Origin: Camelus ferus
Taxonomy: Eukaryota
Direction of reading: 5' to 3'
Assembly: GCF_009834535.1 (NCBI RefSeq)
Contig: NC_045696.1
Span: 37,636,001 to 37,700,000, forward strand
Length of the DNA: 64,000 bases
In this document: in pieces, positions 12,759 to 24,990 of the stretch
How positions within the stretch are numbered: the stretch's first letter is position 1
How the letters are laid out: each line of letters begins with the position of its first letter
The notes under the pieces: model-generated
What the model was told of the DNA's origin: nothing
Seen by the model: only the letters and a program-made list of their open reading frames with translations
Database searches by the model: none
Translations under genes and position numbers: made by a program

Positions 12759-12987
12759 TCTGATAAATTTGAGATTTAGGATTAACAGATACATGCTACT
12801 TTACATAAAATAGATAAACAAGGACCTACTGTATAGCACAGGGAATGACCTGTAATGACCTATAACAGAAAGAATCTGAAAAATATATACATATGTGTGT
12901 GTATATATATATCTGTGAAATCACATTGCTGTATACCTGACACATTGTAAGTCAACTATACCTCAATTTTAAAAAATTAAAATTTAG
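12759..12987 (+). mobile_element. 5'-truncated L1 3' end (artiodactyl-type 3'UTR)
   Basis: gataaatttgagatttaggattaacagatacatgctact...aaggacctactgtatagcacagggaa...cattgtaagtcaactatacctcaa plus A-rich tail; probable TSD aaactatt (12751-12758, 12988-12995). Confidence 0.85.
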
Positions 12988-14706
12988 AAACTATTAAAAA
13001 GCTAGCTCAAATATTTTTGTCATTTCTTCTGTTACTAGACTATAACATATAGATTATAAGTGTTTATTAAAGCATGATGATGATTTAATCCTAAACATAA
13101 ATATATTCTATTATAGTCTATCAAAAAATACTTTATGTTTATCCTGTTTTTTTACATTGAAGCATTATTATATATCACTTGCTGATTACAAAGGAAATCT
13201 ATTTCCCATGTAGAAAATTAGAAGTTAGAGAAAGTCACAAATTCAACAATTTATTTATCATATATTATTCTCTATCCATAGATAAAAATTTCTTAACACT
13301 GGGTCTATACTTCTCCAATAATATGAATGTTCTTGCAAAAGTAAAATAATGTGCATGCAATTAAGTAACGTCTGTATGTTTAAAATAAGACAGGTGATAT
13401 GAGTAAGTGAAAAGTTATTTTTATATATTTTACCTATAATTATACAAGTCATCGAACAGTACAAAGAAATTTAAAAGGATCAGTATAAATAAAAACACTA
13501 AAACTATTCTTTAAGTATGATATTTATATACTATTCCTTTTTTAACCTTTCTTAATGTGGAGATATCTTTCTTATCAACTGCTGAGCAAGCAAATTATCC
13601 CAGAAAGAGAGAAAACATTTAACAAAGAAAATCTTTAAAAAGGCATTATGTTGGTAAGTGTTATGGAATAATGAGAACAAACAAAAAATTCATAAATTAA
13701 ATATTTTCTGGGTTTGCACATCATCACATCGAATGCGGTTTGTTCGAGGAGGTGGCCTACACCTTAAGAATTGGAAGGAAAGTGTAGCAATGCCTCTAAA
13801 GAGGTGAAGACTTGTTTGCAAAGATTTTGAGATCAGGAGGAGTCTGCACAGAAGGGATCAATGCTGATCCCGGGGTCCAAAGACTATAGCTAGTTGGGTA
13901 GGACTCAGACTTATAATAAATTCAGGATTTATGGGCATGGATGCAGGTAATCCATAGGATTACTAATAATCTGTGAGAAGAAATACTAATGGGGGTGTAG
14001 GGTCACGTCACCACATGCTCCTGCACTGTTAAGAATGGAGAGAACAAGGAGACCAGGTGCCACATGGGCAGGATTTGGAGGCAGGCTTTTGGTTTTCCAG
14101 AATGTAGGCAGACCTCTAGTGGAACAGAAACCAAGGAGAGAAACTGTAAAAACAGGGGCAGAGGAGGGAGTACTATAAAAGATCTGATTTGGGAAGTTAA
14201 CAACTGAAAGCTGAAAAACACAGGGTCAGTCGCTAAGCTCCTGAGTTCACATTCAGGAAATATCATTATGCTTTAAGTGGCTGAATGGCCACCAGGGCTA
14301 TGGATCTTGCAAAGGTTCCTTTAAAAATTAGGGCTGACATAACATGCATAAAAATTCTCTTTGGAATATGGAATTTCCAAATCCACAGGAACAGAGCAAG
14401 GCAGAGAACAGGAAAAGAAAGCAGAATCTAAGGAATATTCATGAGTCTGTTTTGGAAAACCAGAGACTAAAAGATAAAGCACCTTGTGTGTCTGGCTTCT
14501 TTAACTGAGGAGGCTGGGAAATGAAACGACTTTCTGGGGGTATAAAGCCTGAGGGTAAAAGCTGCATTTATTGATTCTCAGTTCCAGTATTCTTTGTAAC
14601 AACCAAAGATGACTCCTCCATTTCCCGAGATAATGGAGAAATTCTGAATTTGTATAAAAACTGAAATTATGGTTAAAAAGGAAAACCTCAGTTTTTTCCT
14701 TCCTAT

Positions 14707-15513
14707 GGAGGGGAAAACCTCAGTTCTTCCCTACTGCGTATTTCTTGCCTGGGAGTCTCCTTCACTACTCACAGAAAACTCTTCACTCCAGGTCACCGAA
14801 TAGGAAGTTTTTCCCACACAGTTCTCTAAGACACTCACTGGGTGCCCTACAATGTAACTCAAATCTTACAATATCTACCTGGAGACAGTATAAGATCCCA
14901 CAGACTAAGGGCTCAATCCTGCAGGACTACCCTCCACCCCACTCCAGATGCCAGTTGGAAGTCCAGATTGTCACACAGGCTTTTAATCAACTGGCTATAG
15001 ATTAGAGGTTCCAATCACTCCTGTCTCAGTTTCAATTAATTTGCAAGAGCAGCTGCAGCTCACAGAACTCAGAGAAACATTTTACTTAACTTTACCAGTT
15101 TATTATAAAAGGGTTTGATAAAGGATACAGTGAAACAGCCAGACGGAAGAGATGAGCGGAGTGAGGTACGTGGGAATAGGCTGGGGAGTTACCATGTCCT
15201 CCAAGTATTGACCAACCTGGAGGCACCCAAACCCATTACTAGTGGGATTTTTATGGAAACTTCATCAGAATAGCATTAACTCCATTTTCAGCCCTTCTTC
15301 CTTCTTGAAAGAATGAGCAAGTGGGGCTGAAAATTTCGAGCTTCTAATCATGGCTTAGTCTTCCAGCAACCATCCTCCATCCAGGAGTTATCCAGGAGTC
15401 CCCACAAAATTGTCTCACTAGAACACAGACATTCCTATCACCCAGGAAATTATAAGGTTTCACGAGTTCTGTGTCTGGAACCAGGGGCAATATATATTTT
15501 CCATTATCTCACA
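14707..15513 (-). mobile_element. MER21-like LTR
   Basis: Reverse complement begins tgtgagataatggaaaatatatattg; internal cacagaactcagagaaacattttactt...ccagtttattataaaagg is characteristic of MER21. Confidence 0.8.
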
Positions 15514-15711
15514 GCAGACAATATTCTGTGTCCAAACTTTTCATAAAAGTTTTCTAATATTTTTAAAGAAAAGTTTTAGGGACAAATAAACTGCAAAAAA
15601 TAGTTATGGACTTCAATACTGTTATATAGATGGAATCAACATTATTTTCTATAATAGCATAAAACTGTAACTTTTAAATTCAGTGTGCTAAATGAGAAAA
15701 TTTGATTTTGT

Positions 15712-15945
15712 CTTTTTTTTGAGGTATAATTGACATGTAACATTTTGCTTATTTCAGGTGTATAACATAATGATTTTGTATTTGTATATATTGCAAAATG
15801 ATCATCAAAATAAGTCTAGTTAACATAGATTACCAAACATAGCTACAAATTTTTCATCATGATTATCTAGATTTTTAGCGACTTTCAAATATTCAATATA
15901 ATATATTAACTATATTCAATACAGTATTATTAAAGTCACACTGCT
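15712..15945 (-). mobile_element. L1 3' end fragment (L1MA-like)
   Basis: poly-T then gaggtataattgacatgtaaca...ttcaggtgtataacataatgatt...gcgactttcaaatattcaata. Confidence 0.8.
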
Positions 15946-16048
15946 TACTATAGAAAATTGGATTTTCTCTAATTATTTTTAGACTGAGTAACACATTAAG
16001 AAGCTTTCGCAGGAAAGGAAAAGCAGGAATATAACCAAAGTACCTTAT

Positions 16049-16420
16049 TATTATTAACTGAATGTTTGTATCTCCTCAAAGTTCTTATGTTAAAGGCTTA
16101 ACCCCCAATATGGTTGTATTTGAAGGTAAGGCCTTTAACGAAGTAATTAAGGTTAAATAAGGTCATTAAGTGGGGCCTGGATCCAAGCTCACAAATTCTC
16201 TCTTTCTCCCCCTCTGCCCCACAGTCCCCTCAGTGCACACTCAGAGGAATGGCCAGTGATGACAAAGTGGCTATCTGTAAGCCAGGAAGAAAGACCTTCC
16301 AGAAACCACACCCTGCTGGACCTTAAATCTTGGACTTTCAAGCCTCCAAAACTGTGAGAAATAAATTTATGTTTAAATCACGCAGCCTATGGTATTTTGT
16401 TATGATAGCCCAAACAAAGA
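16049..16420 (+). mobile_element. MaLR LTR (MLT1A/MSTD-like)
   Basis: actgaatgtttgtatctcctcaaagttcttatgttaaagg...ggactttcaagcctccaaaactgtgagaaataaattt...tatggtattttgttatgatagcc. Confidence 0.85.
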
Positions 16421-17204
16421 ATATATACCCCAAAATACGTTGTTTGCTATATACAACCAGCATTGTTTTTCATATCCAAAACTGGCTTCTGAAAATTCTC
16501 ATTTTTCAATACTCCAGTTTTACTTTACTGCTCCTTCGCAGCACGATCTAATTAAAAGTGATATCTCATTCATTAAATATTTATTTATTTATTTATTTTC
16601 ACTTCACCTAAGCTCTCTCCTGGATATAGTGAATTAAAAAAACACAAATTTTATATAATCAGTTATTTTGGTAAATATATATAATGTATTAGCATTTATC
16701 AACCTTATGAAATTAATTTTGAACTGTTTCTCGAACTTACACTCATCTACTATAAATTATTTTAAGTAAAATGATATGAAGGTAAATTGAGCACCAAAAT
16801 GTGAAATTATAGATATCTGTGCTTTCTGTATCATCAAAGGCAATTTTTAGTGATCTTGTCTATAGATGTTTCAGTAGTATATTTTTACAGAAGAATAATT
16901 ATTTCAATATCTCTACATGCCACTAGAATACATTTTCTTACAAAAATACTTCATCATTTTAGCTTAGTACAGATTTTTGAATTCACAGAAGCTATGCAAG
17001 CCACTCCATGAAATTCCTTTTAAAATAAAGGAGAAAAGAATATACATGGTAATTAAATATTTAATTAATTATATAAATTAGTGTTAAGTCTAACCTTTTA
17101 AGGAAAATTATGATTTGATTAGAATGTATTTTAAATGTTTTGTGTATTTTCAATTACCTATATACAGAAAATATGTTTGATAATCATATTCTGAATTTGC
17201 ATTT

Positions 17205-17460
17205 ATTTATTCATTTATGAAACATCTGTAGCATTTACTATGTGCTACATATGTGTGAAATACATGAATTACAAAAGTGAAAATGGTGGAATATGGCCCT
17301 TGCTCAGATATTTGTAATTAGACATTGAAATCTTCAAAAAGAGAAAACAAGTTTTCATGTCGTACCTTAAGAATAGTTCCCCAAACCTGGTAAGCAATTA
17401 ATAAATATGTATTTGCCAAATAGACAAATGGATTGATAAAATAATGAATTAAGTGAATAA
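17205..17460. mobile_element. Two L2 3' tail fragments in opposite orientations
   Basis: tttattcatttatgaaacatctgtagcatttactatgtgc (minus) and ggtaagcaattaataaatatgtatttg...atgaatt (plus). Confidence 0.45.
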
Positions 17461-17859
17461 ACTATAATCTATGTTGTAAAACACTCGCAATCTATTATAA
17501 ATGATGTACATTTGAAAATAGTTAAACTATAGTCATCACTGTTGTACATCCTGATATGTACATAAAGATAAAAGATTAAGAGAGGTAATAAAGGAGTGTC
17601 AGTTTAGAAGTTTAAAAAGAAGAAAAGAAAAAAAAATTCCTCAGTCTTGTCAGATTCACTCAACTGCACATTTTCTCAGTAAGACTGAACACACTAACTT
17701 GCAGAGTCAATACACATTGACCATTTTCTTCCAATTTCTGGGTTTCTCCTTTGTGATTTCTTCTTGGCTCTCAATCAATTTCTTGGATACATGAGAACAC
17801 TCTATTATGTGGTAACTTTAAGATAGAACTTTAATGTGGTGACATCCTAGGTCTGATAC

Positions 17860-18310
17860 TAACCCAAACATGTTTTGCTTTTATCTACATGCTACCCATT
17901 GCCCCTTCACCTGATTGTACAGCTTCTCCATCTCCTAGCGTATGTGGTTCAGGTTAGGTCAGGTTACCTGCATCCCCTTTACAGAATAGTGATTATATCT
18001 CTATGTGATCTCCTAAGTTGATAAAATCATACGTGGGTTTATGCTGAGCCTGTGGGATAAAGTCACAGACTTTCTACAGAGTTGCTTATCTGATAGAGTT
18101 TGGTACTGCTTGTCACTATTTTTACTACTGAATAGAAACAGCCCACCTGAGAATCAGGTCAACATTGTGGGAATGGGGATAGGGGGAGCAGACCTAAGGG
18201 ATATAAAAGAATATTGTCCTGATATTATATATTGAGTCCAGCTGTGTCTGAAGCCAGATTTACCCCTGGACTTCCTTATTACATAGGACAAACAATTCTT
18301 TATTTCACTG
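17860..18310 (+). mobile_element. Ancient MaLR/ERVL LTR (MLT1J/K- or LTR33-like)
   Basis: cccacctgagaatcaggtcaaca...tccagctgtgtctgaagccagatttacccctggacttcc...ttacataggacaaacaattc. Confidence 0.65.
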
Positions 18311-19104
18311 TCTTTCTAAATTCCTAAAATCTTCTGCTTTTTCCCTTTCCTTAATAAGAATTAGGATCCTATGCATTTGTCACTCTTGGCTAAAAGCTAT
18401 TTGTGTGAAACATATGACACCAAGTTTCCTAGTAAAGAATATAGATCATGTACCATGTCCAAATAATTATTTTTTATAGACTGTGCCAAATGTAAATATT
18501 AATAATATTTTTGAATATGTCTGCCAAAAATATTAAAACTTTACAACTGGAAATTGAGAAGACAAAAATAATACTTATATCTCCATATACAGGCAAGTTC
18601 ACTTTCATTTTTTTCTATCAAAATATGTACTGTAAAGTTATATGTAAAAGTTACGGCACATTGAATGGTGTGAACACAGATCTAGTCATTTCTATTATAC
18701 ACACATACACACTGCACACAACTCTCTTTAAGATGATTGATTTATTTTGTCTTTGTATAACAGTAATTAAAATGTTGCCTTATAATATTATAATTACCAC
18801 CAACTTTTTCATTACTTTCAATTTCCAACTGTGATGTTTCTATAATTTTCAGTGTTTGTATTTTATGGTAATAATAAAAACTAACAACCTCCTCTCTATC
18901 CCTGAGCCACTGAAACAAACACCTTCAGCTCCAAACACCCAGGCCAGTACTAGCAGGAAAAATTAAGTCAATATGGGCTTTTACTTGTATTCACTTTTAA
19001 GTACTTTCTGTTCTCAATGATTCATTTAAAGATTTTTTTGATTTTCACACACTCACACAAAAAATCCAAAATTCAATTTCTCCATTCACTTATTTGTTTT
19101 AGAG

Positions 19105-19495
19105 TTGTTTTAGGTCAGGTTCCCTAGAAGCAGACAGGACACAAAGATTTGTGCACAGGTGATTTGCTAAGAAAATGCTTCTGAGAAGCAGCAGTAAGGG
19201 TATGAGAAGGAGGACTTTAAAGGGAAGGAGGCAGTGCAGTGACAGGAGTGGGGCACTCCAGCAGGGGGGCTCTGGAATGTTCTGCCTCAAAGTTTCTCCA
19301 CCTTCACACAGAAGAGTCAGACTCTAGGAGAACTTAACTCCAAATTCTTCCATTTTTCTGTTGTTCTGGTAGAAAAATGGCAATCTTCCTAAGAGGAATA
19401 GTAGGTGAGACCCTTGGAGGTAAAAGCACAGAGGAGGACCCAGAAATGGTACAAGAAATCCTGGTAGACATGCGCAGAGCACAGTGTCCTCACAC
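19105..19495 (-). mobile_element. ERVL LTR (LTR16-like)
   Basis: tgttttaggtcaggttccctagaagcagac...gatttgtgcacaggtgatttg is the reverse complement of an LTR16-type 3' end. Confidence 0.7.
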
Positions 19496-19829
19496 TGTGA
19501 AGTTAAAAATCCCCAACGTATTTCTTGTTAAATGTGGTGCACTGGAATGGATGACTAGAATCACAGGTCTAATGTACTAAAAAAAGTAATAGTCAGTAAG
19601 ACACATTAACTATTTTAAAAATATTCAATTAAATCCAACATAAAATTTAATCAACTGGGAAAGCATACTGATACAACATGAGCATTTTTCCTGATTTGAA
19701 TTGAATGAATGACTATGCATATGCATTTAATCATTTCAGTGGCAACAGATTTCAAATAAATACATACATACTATTTTTAATAATTAATAATTAGCATTCA
19801 TGGCTACTACTTCATTATTTATATTGTTT

Positions 19830-19980
19830 TTCATTCCTTTTTCTTTTTCTTCTGCCTTTTCCCTTTCCCTTATCCTCCTCTCTTTCTTCTGTTATTCTCC
19901 TACATTTATCTTTCTTTTCTTTTCTTTCCTTTTCTACACTAAATTACCAAACTACTACTATTAGTACTACTACTACAACC
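19830..19980. repeat. CT-rich low-complexity tract followed by (CTA)n
   Basis: ttccttttctttttcttctgccttttccctttccct...actactactattagtactactactac. Confidence 0.8.
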
Positions 19981-22019
19981 ACTGTCGTCACCATAGTCAT
20001 CACAGTCATCAAATAAAATTAATTTGATGTTTAATAATCATCAGGGATTGCTTAAAAAGATTGTCACTATGCTTCACTTTTTGTTTTTATTCTTAGAGAA
20101 TAGTTCATAAACAGTGATTACTGTTTGTTTCTAAGAAAAATACTAAGAGTTATGTAATTAATGATGATGTAAATGGGTACTTGTATACCTGTGAAACCAA
20201 AATTTAGGATTAAAAGAAAAAGAAGCATAAGGGGAATACAGCTGAAGTTATGTTAAAAGTATATATTCAGTAACATGGATCAATAAAGTCTAAGAGATCT
20301 GGAATGTTCAGAGACATAGAGGTTTGCCTGAGGCATGTCTCAAACTAAATTTAGTATAGAAATGTATACAATTATGTACACATGTCTACATTGAGGCAAT
20401 AACTTAAATGTTTTGAAAAATGAAATAATAACCTCAAAAATAGTAACAAATCAATATAAGGTCAAAGACATTGTTTTTATAAATATGAGTAAAGGCACTG
20501 AAGGCTTATATACAAGCTTTTGGTTAGTTGTAAACTGAGGGAACACAAACTCGTATCAAATTTAATTGCTATGGATTTAATTGGTTACTGAAGATCAGGT
20601 CAAGTCCTGCATTTATAAATTTCTTCCTTGCCTTTCATCAGTAGCTCATCTGGAGAATTTCACATGCATCTCATCAATTCCAACAGGAAGAGAGATGTTG
20701 GGAAAGTCATAGAAGCCTGATTTTCTAAATATGGCTGAACATTTTAATAGTATGAAAGTGGTTGCCATAATAATAATAAAACTCATTTTATTTCTCACTT
20801 GTGTAATATTTTGCCATTGTTATGCTGTTCTGTTATGTTGCTATAGGTTTATTTGGTTGTGGAACTGTAATGTGTTAAAGGAAATTCTCAATCAAATTAA
20901 TAATACTATAGAAAAACATCATTGAGGTATGCAAAAAAAATGTAATTACTTTATACCTAGAAAGTAAGTTGTGTATCTTCATTTGCAATGTGGTTCCTTA
21001 TAGTTAACTGACTAAAAATGAAATAAGCAAATGGTTCAAAACATAATTTGGTGAAATCAGTCTGGATTTGCTTTTTATTTAAATAAGATTCTAAACTAAA
21101 TATATACTTTCTATAAACCTGGTTTTGAGTTTATAGTACAAAGATTTTCTATTAAGTTTACAGGTGGATAATTTATTTTTCATACGTGAATGAGACTCAC
21201 AGCTTAAACAAATACACAAGATGATAGACCTAGGGTCATTTTTAAAATCAGATAATTGGTCTGCACTTATTTTGTGCTGTATACTGACTAAAAAGATGCA
21301 TCCCTTGGATGATTTATAGAAAACCAGAAGGCAGAGGCTTTTTGGTGATAGTATCTGGTGGTACGCCTAGGCTTTAACTATTATGCTATTAAAAGTGAAC
21401 TGGCTTTTCTTATTTTTCTATTTCATTTAAAACTTCAAAGCAATTCGAGAGTGAGAAAGCCCTGTCAATCTACTGTCTAAAAACCCTTACCCAGCTGCCT
21501 TCTGAGGCATATTTTAGCATCTCTAGCAACACAGAGTGCTTGTTACATAGTACGTGGTTATCACAGACATAAAGTTATAATGGTGTTTAATGATCCACAT
21601 CTGCCCCACAAGTGCGGGAGAATTAAGTGTTTTGATGACAATCATCTGATTTATTTAAAACTGAATAAAATCTACATAGTAAAAGAAAAACTGATACGAT
21701 TTACCTGTTTATCCATTTCTGACTACAGCTACATGGAGGCTGTATTTATCCAGAAGAGGGAATCAACTCTGAGGGAGTTTGATAATTAATAAAGGAGAAT
21801 TACCTAGCTCTCAGCAATTTCAAGAGCGAGAAGGTGAGCTTATAAATGGAATCTCCCACCACCTGTGCCACTCAGGTGACCAGAACAGTATGTTATTAAA
21901 CATAGTAGCTACTCAATACACATCTGTTGACTGAATGCATGATTCCAGGGGAGACTGAGTTATGAACAACAGAAGAGGGAAGCACATAATTCTTGGTCAA
22001 AGGTGGTTTTCAAACTTTG

Positions 22020-22170
22020 TAGCTCCACTTAACTTGGACAAATGAAATACTTTGAGCCTCATTTTCCTCATTCATAATATGGGGTAAGGATGTCTATAAG
22101 GGGAAGGTTGTTAGGAAGGATTAATTCACACAGAGCACAGAGTGCTTACATATTCATAGTTCCTTTCCTC
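22020..22170 (+). mobile_element. MIR SINE
   Basis: agctccacttaacttggacaaatgaaatactttgagcctcattttcctcattcataatatgggg...gttgttaggaaggattaa. Confidence 0.7.
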
Positions 22171-23053
22171 ATTAAGCACTCAATTTTTTTTAAATGAATT
22201 TTTATCTTTGTTAGTGTGCATTTATAAGCATTTCGAAATATCTTTATAAAGAACTAGAAATATAGAAATCCCTAAAGTGCTCTAAGATGCTTTAAAAGAG
22301 AATAAAAAATACTCTAAAAGCATCATATTTGTTTTATTCTGAGGATTGCTTTATTTTACTTTCAATGATTTGCTGAGTAAAAAGATAAGCATCTTATAAA
22401 AGGAAATTCCTCATTTTCTAGCATTTAAAGTGAGGTATACTATGTCATAAATTCTATCATATTTCTGCTTATTTACTTTTTAGAATAAAATAATAATCTA
22501 TTTTTTTCCTCATTACTTTTATGCTAACATTCATTTGTATCCAAGTTCCTAATTAGGAGACAAAATCAATGTTCAATTTTCCTGGAGCCAGGTGGCAATA
22601 CAGATTTTATCTCTTTGATTTTGCTTAATCTGAAATATTATTTAAGTGATTTTATGGGAAAAAAAGAAGCATCTGTGCAATTATAAATGGGATGATAAGA
22701 AAAAAGATATTATTGAAAATATTTCTGGCGTAATAAATAATGGACTGACCAACAGCATATGTAATTTTTTCAACATAGACTATAACCGAGATTTTTAAAT
22801 AGAAACACCCATATATGGTAGACAGTGTTTATATTGTTATTCAACCATCATTTCTGGAAGTAATGCATTTTCCGGAGTGGTTAGAACTCTTGTAAAGTCC
22901 AGACAGAAAGGATATAAAGTACTTATGAGGAAACTAGTCAGGCAGAGAAAATTATACTATTACAAAGAACTAGAAAACAAAAGAAAAAAGCAGATTTAGA
23001 AACAAACATATCATCGTGGGAATATATTTTAAGAGAATTTTAAACATAGTTAC

Positions 23054-23105
23054 CTGAAGTAGTTCTTTTTAGGTCCAAAATCTTTGTCATCATAAAGACA
23101 AGGAG
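23054..23105 (-). other. Candidate exon 2 (52 nt) of the minus-strand locus
   Basis: Acceptor gttgtattttag|, donor CAG|gtaact. Splicing to exon 1 gives an open frame MKLDGVQRKGK-APCLYDDKDFGPKKNYFR; an alternative frame gives MMTKILDLKRTTS. Confidence 0.45.
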
Positions 23106-23329
23106 CTAAAATACAACTTCACGTGGGTGTCACTGGTTTAATGGTCCTCATCAACTCTAACTTTAGATCTTCAGATTCAAAACTTAGATTTGTCAGTCAG
23201 AGGAAGGTTTTCCTGAGGAAAAAGTAGACAGAGGACAGCAGGAATGTGAAAATCACTTACTCCTAGAAGGGGGAAGTAGAAACAACTTTGACTCATTCCA
23301 ACCTATAGCAATTCAATCCTTGAATCACT

Positions 23330-24990
23330 TAACATGTAAAATATGTTTTTCAAGCACCAAGATTGATAAGCAGAGGAAGTTTAGTACTAAGCAAAAGAAA
23401 TGCAGTCCTTCCCTCATGGAATTTACTAAAGAGTGGAGGTATAAAACAATCACATTAAATGAAAGTTATTACAAGTGTTTTGTGTTTTGAAAAGAACCTT
23501 GCAATATGCTATAGAATGAGTATTTGCATAAAGGAATGCAGTTTCAGGTGGAGCATATGGGAACACCTCTACGAGAAAGTGACATTAAAGGGGATCTTCA
23601 AGAGCGAAAAGAAGTTTGTCAGAGGAGCATCATGAGTGAGAGTAAAAGTCCCCAGGGAAGGTGAGAATCGGTAGGCCTTTTGGTTTTTGACTCTCCCTTT
23701 TCCCCAGGTCATGTGTTGGAAACTGAATTAATCATAATCTTTCGGTTCATGGTACATTGTTATTACTGATCCTTGCAAGCCCCTCTCTTGTTTTATCGAT
23801 TTATTCCTTTATTTGAAGTCTCAAATCCAAAATTCCTCATTATATGCAGGTATTCTAATGGGTTTAATGTTCCCTCTTTTGTTTATGTATTTTAATTTAA
23901 AGTGTGCATTGGTGCTTTGTAAACATATCTTCTCAATTCACATAAATTATACTTTATTTTATAGTACATAAATGAATATATCATCCTTTTCTTTTTCCAC
24001 TTGGCACTTTATTTTATGATCCATATTGCTTTGTGAAATTGTAGTCTGATATTCCTGATTTCTCATGGGACTCAGCTATATTTTGCTTTTCCTCCCCACA
24101 ATGATACACACATTGATCACCTTAAACACTATGATAAAGTTTTTCACTCATCTCGCCCTAATTTCCCATGCTGCATAACAGATTACAAGCATTATAGCAA
24201 AAAAAAAAAAAAGCAAAAAAAACAAAAAACTTCTCTTGCAGATTCTATAGGTCAAAATTCGAGAGACTGCAAGGCTGGATTCTCTGCTCAGGGTCTCACT
24301 AGGCTAAAGGCAAAATGGTGACCAGGGCTGTAGGTCTCATCTGTGTTTCAGGTTCTTTTTCATTCTCATGGGTGGTTGGCAGAATTCATTTATTTATGGT
24401 GTTAGGATTGAAATCCTATCATTTCTTGCTGGCTGTAAACCAGGCTTCTAGAGTTAACTCCTAGAGGCTACCCTCTCCAACAACAGTTCACAATGTATGT
24501 GTTTGCTTTCTTTCAGGCCAGCTGAAGTGAATCTCTCTGACTTCCTCTTCTTTGCCTGAAGAAAACTCTCCTTTTAGAGGGCTCTGTGATTAAGTTAGGC
24601 CACCTGGATTATGTTCCTATTTTAAGGTCAACTGTGCCAAATAACATAGTAAGATAAGGTAATACTGTGAAGTAATTCCATCTAATTCACAGTTCTGGGA
24701 ATTATGCAAGCACATACACTTGGGGGTGAGAAATCTTGGGGGTGATCTTAGAATTCTACCTACCAGCTGATCCCATGTGACAATTCTTCTGTATATATGA
24801 CTAAGATAGAACTTGCAGGGTCAGATGACATGTGAGATTCAGACTGAGAGCTGTATAGGCCTGAGGATGACCACTGTGACTGGAGCATAGTGACCAAGCA
24901 GGAGAGCATAAGAGACCAGGATGGAAAGGAAGGCAGGAAACATATTCCCTAGGACATTTGATGGCTATGTTAAAGAAGTCAGTACTTGCT
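23330..24990 (-). mobile_element. Nested cluster: L2 (23330-23660, 24860-24990) interrupted by old L1 (23690-24150, 24767-24840), itself interrupted by an MLT1 LTR
   Basis: L2 motif gtccttccctcatggaatttac...agaaagtgacatt resumes at gaccactgtgactggagcatagtg; L1ME-type sequence resumes at ttcttctgtatatatgactaagatagaacttgcagggtc. Confidence 0.6.
24155..24766 (-). mobile_element. MaLR LTR (MLT1E/F-like)
   Basis: tgctgcataacagattac...ggattctctgctcagggtctcactaggct...gtggttggcagaattcat...gggggtgatcttagaattctacctacca. Confidence 0.85.
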
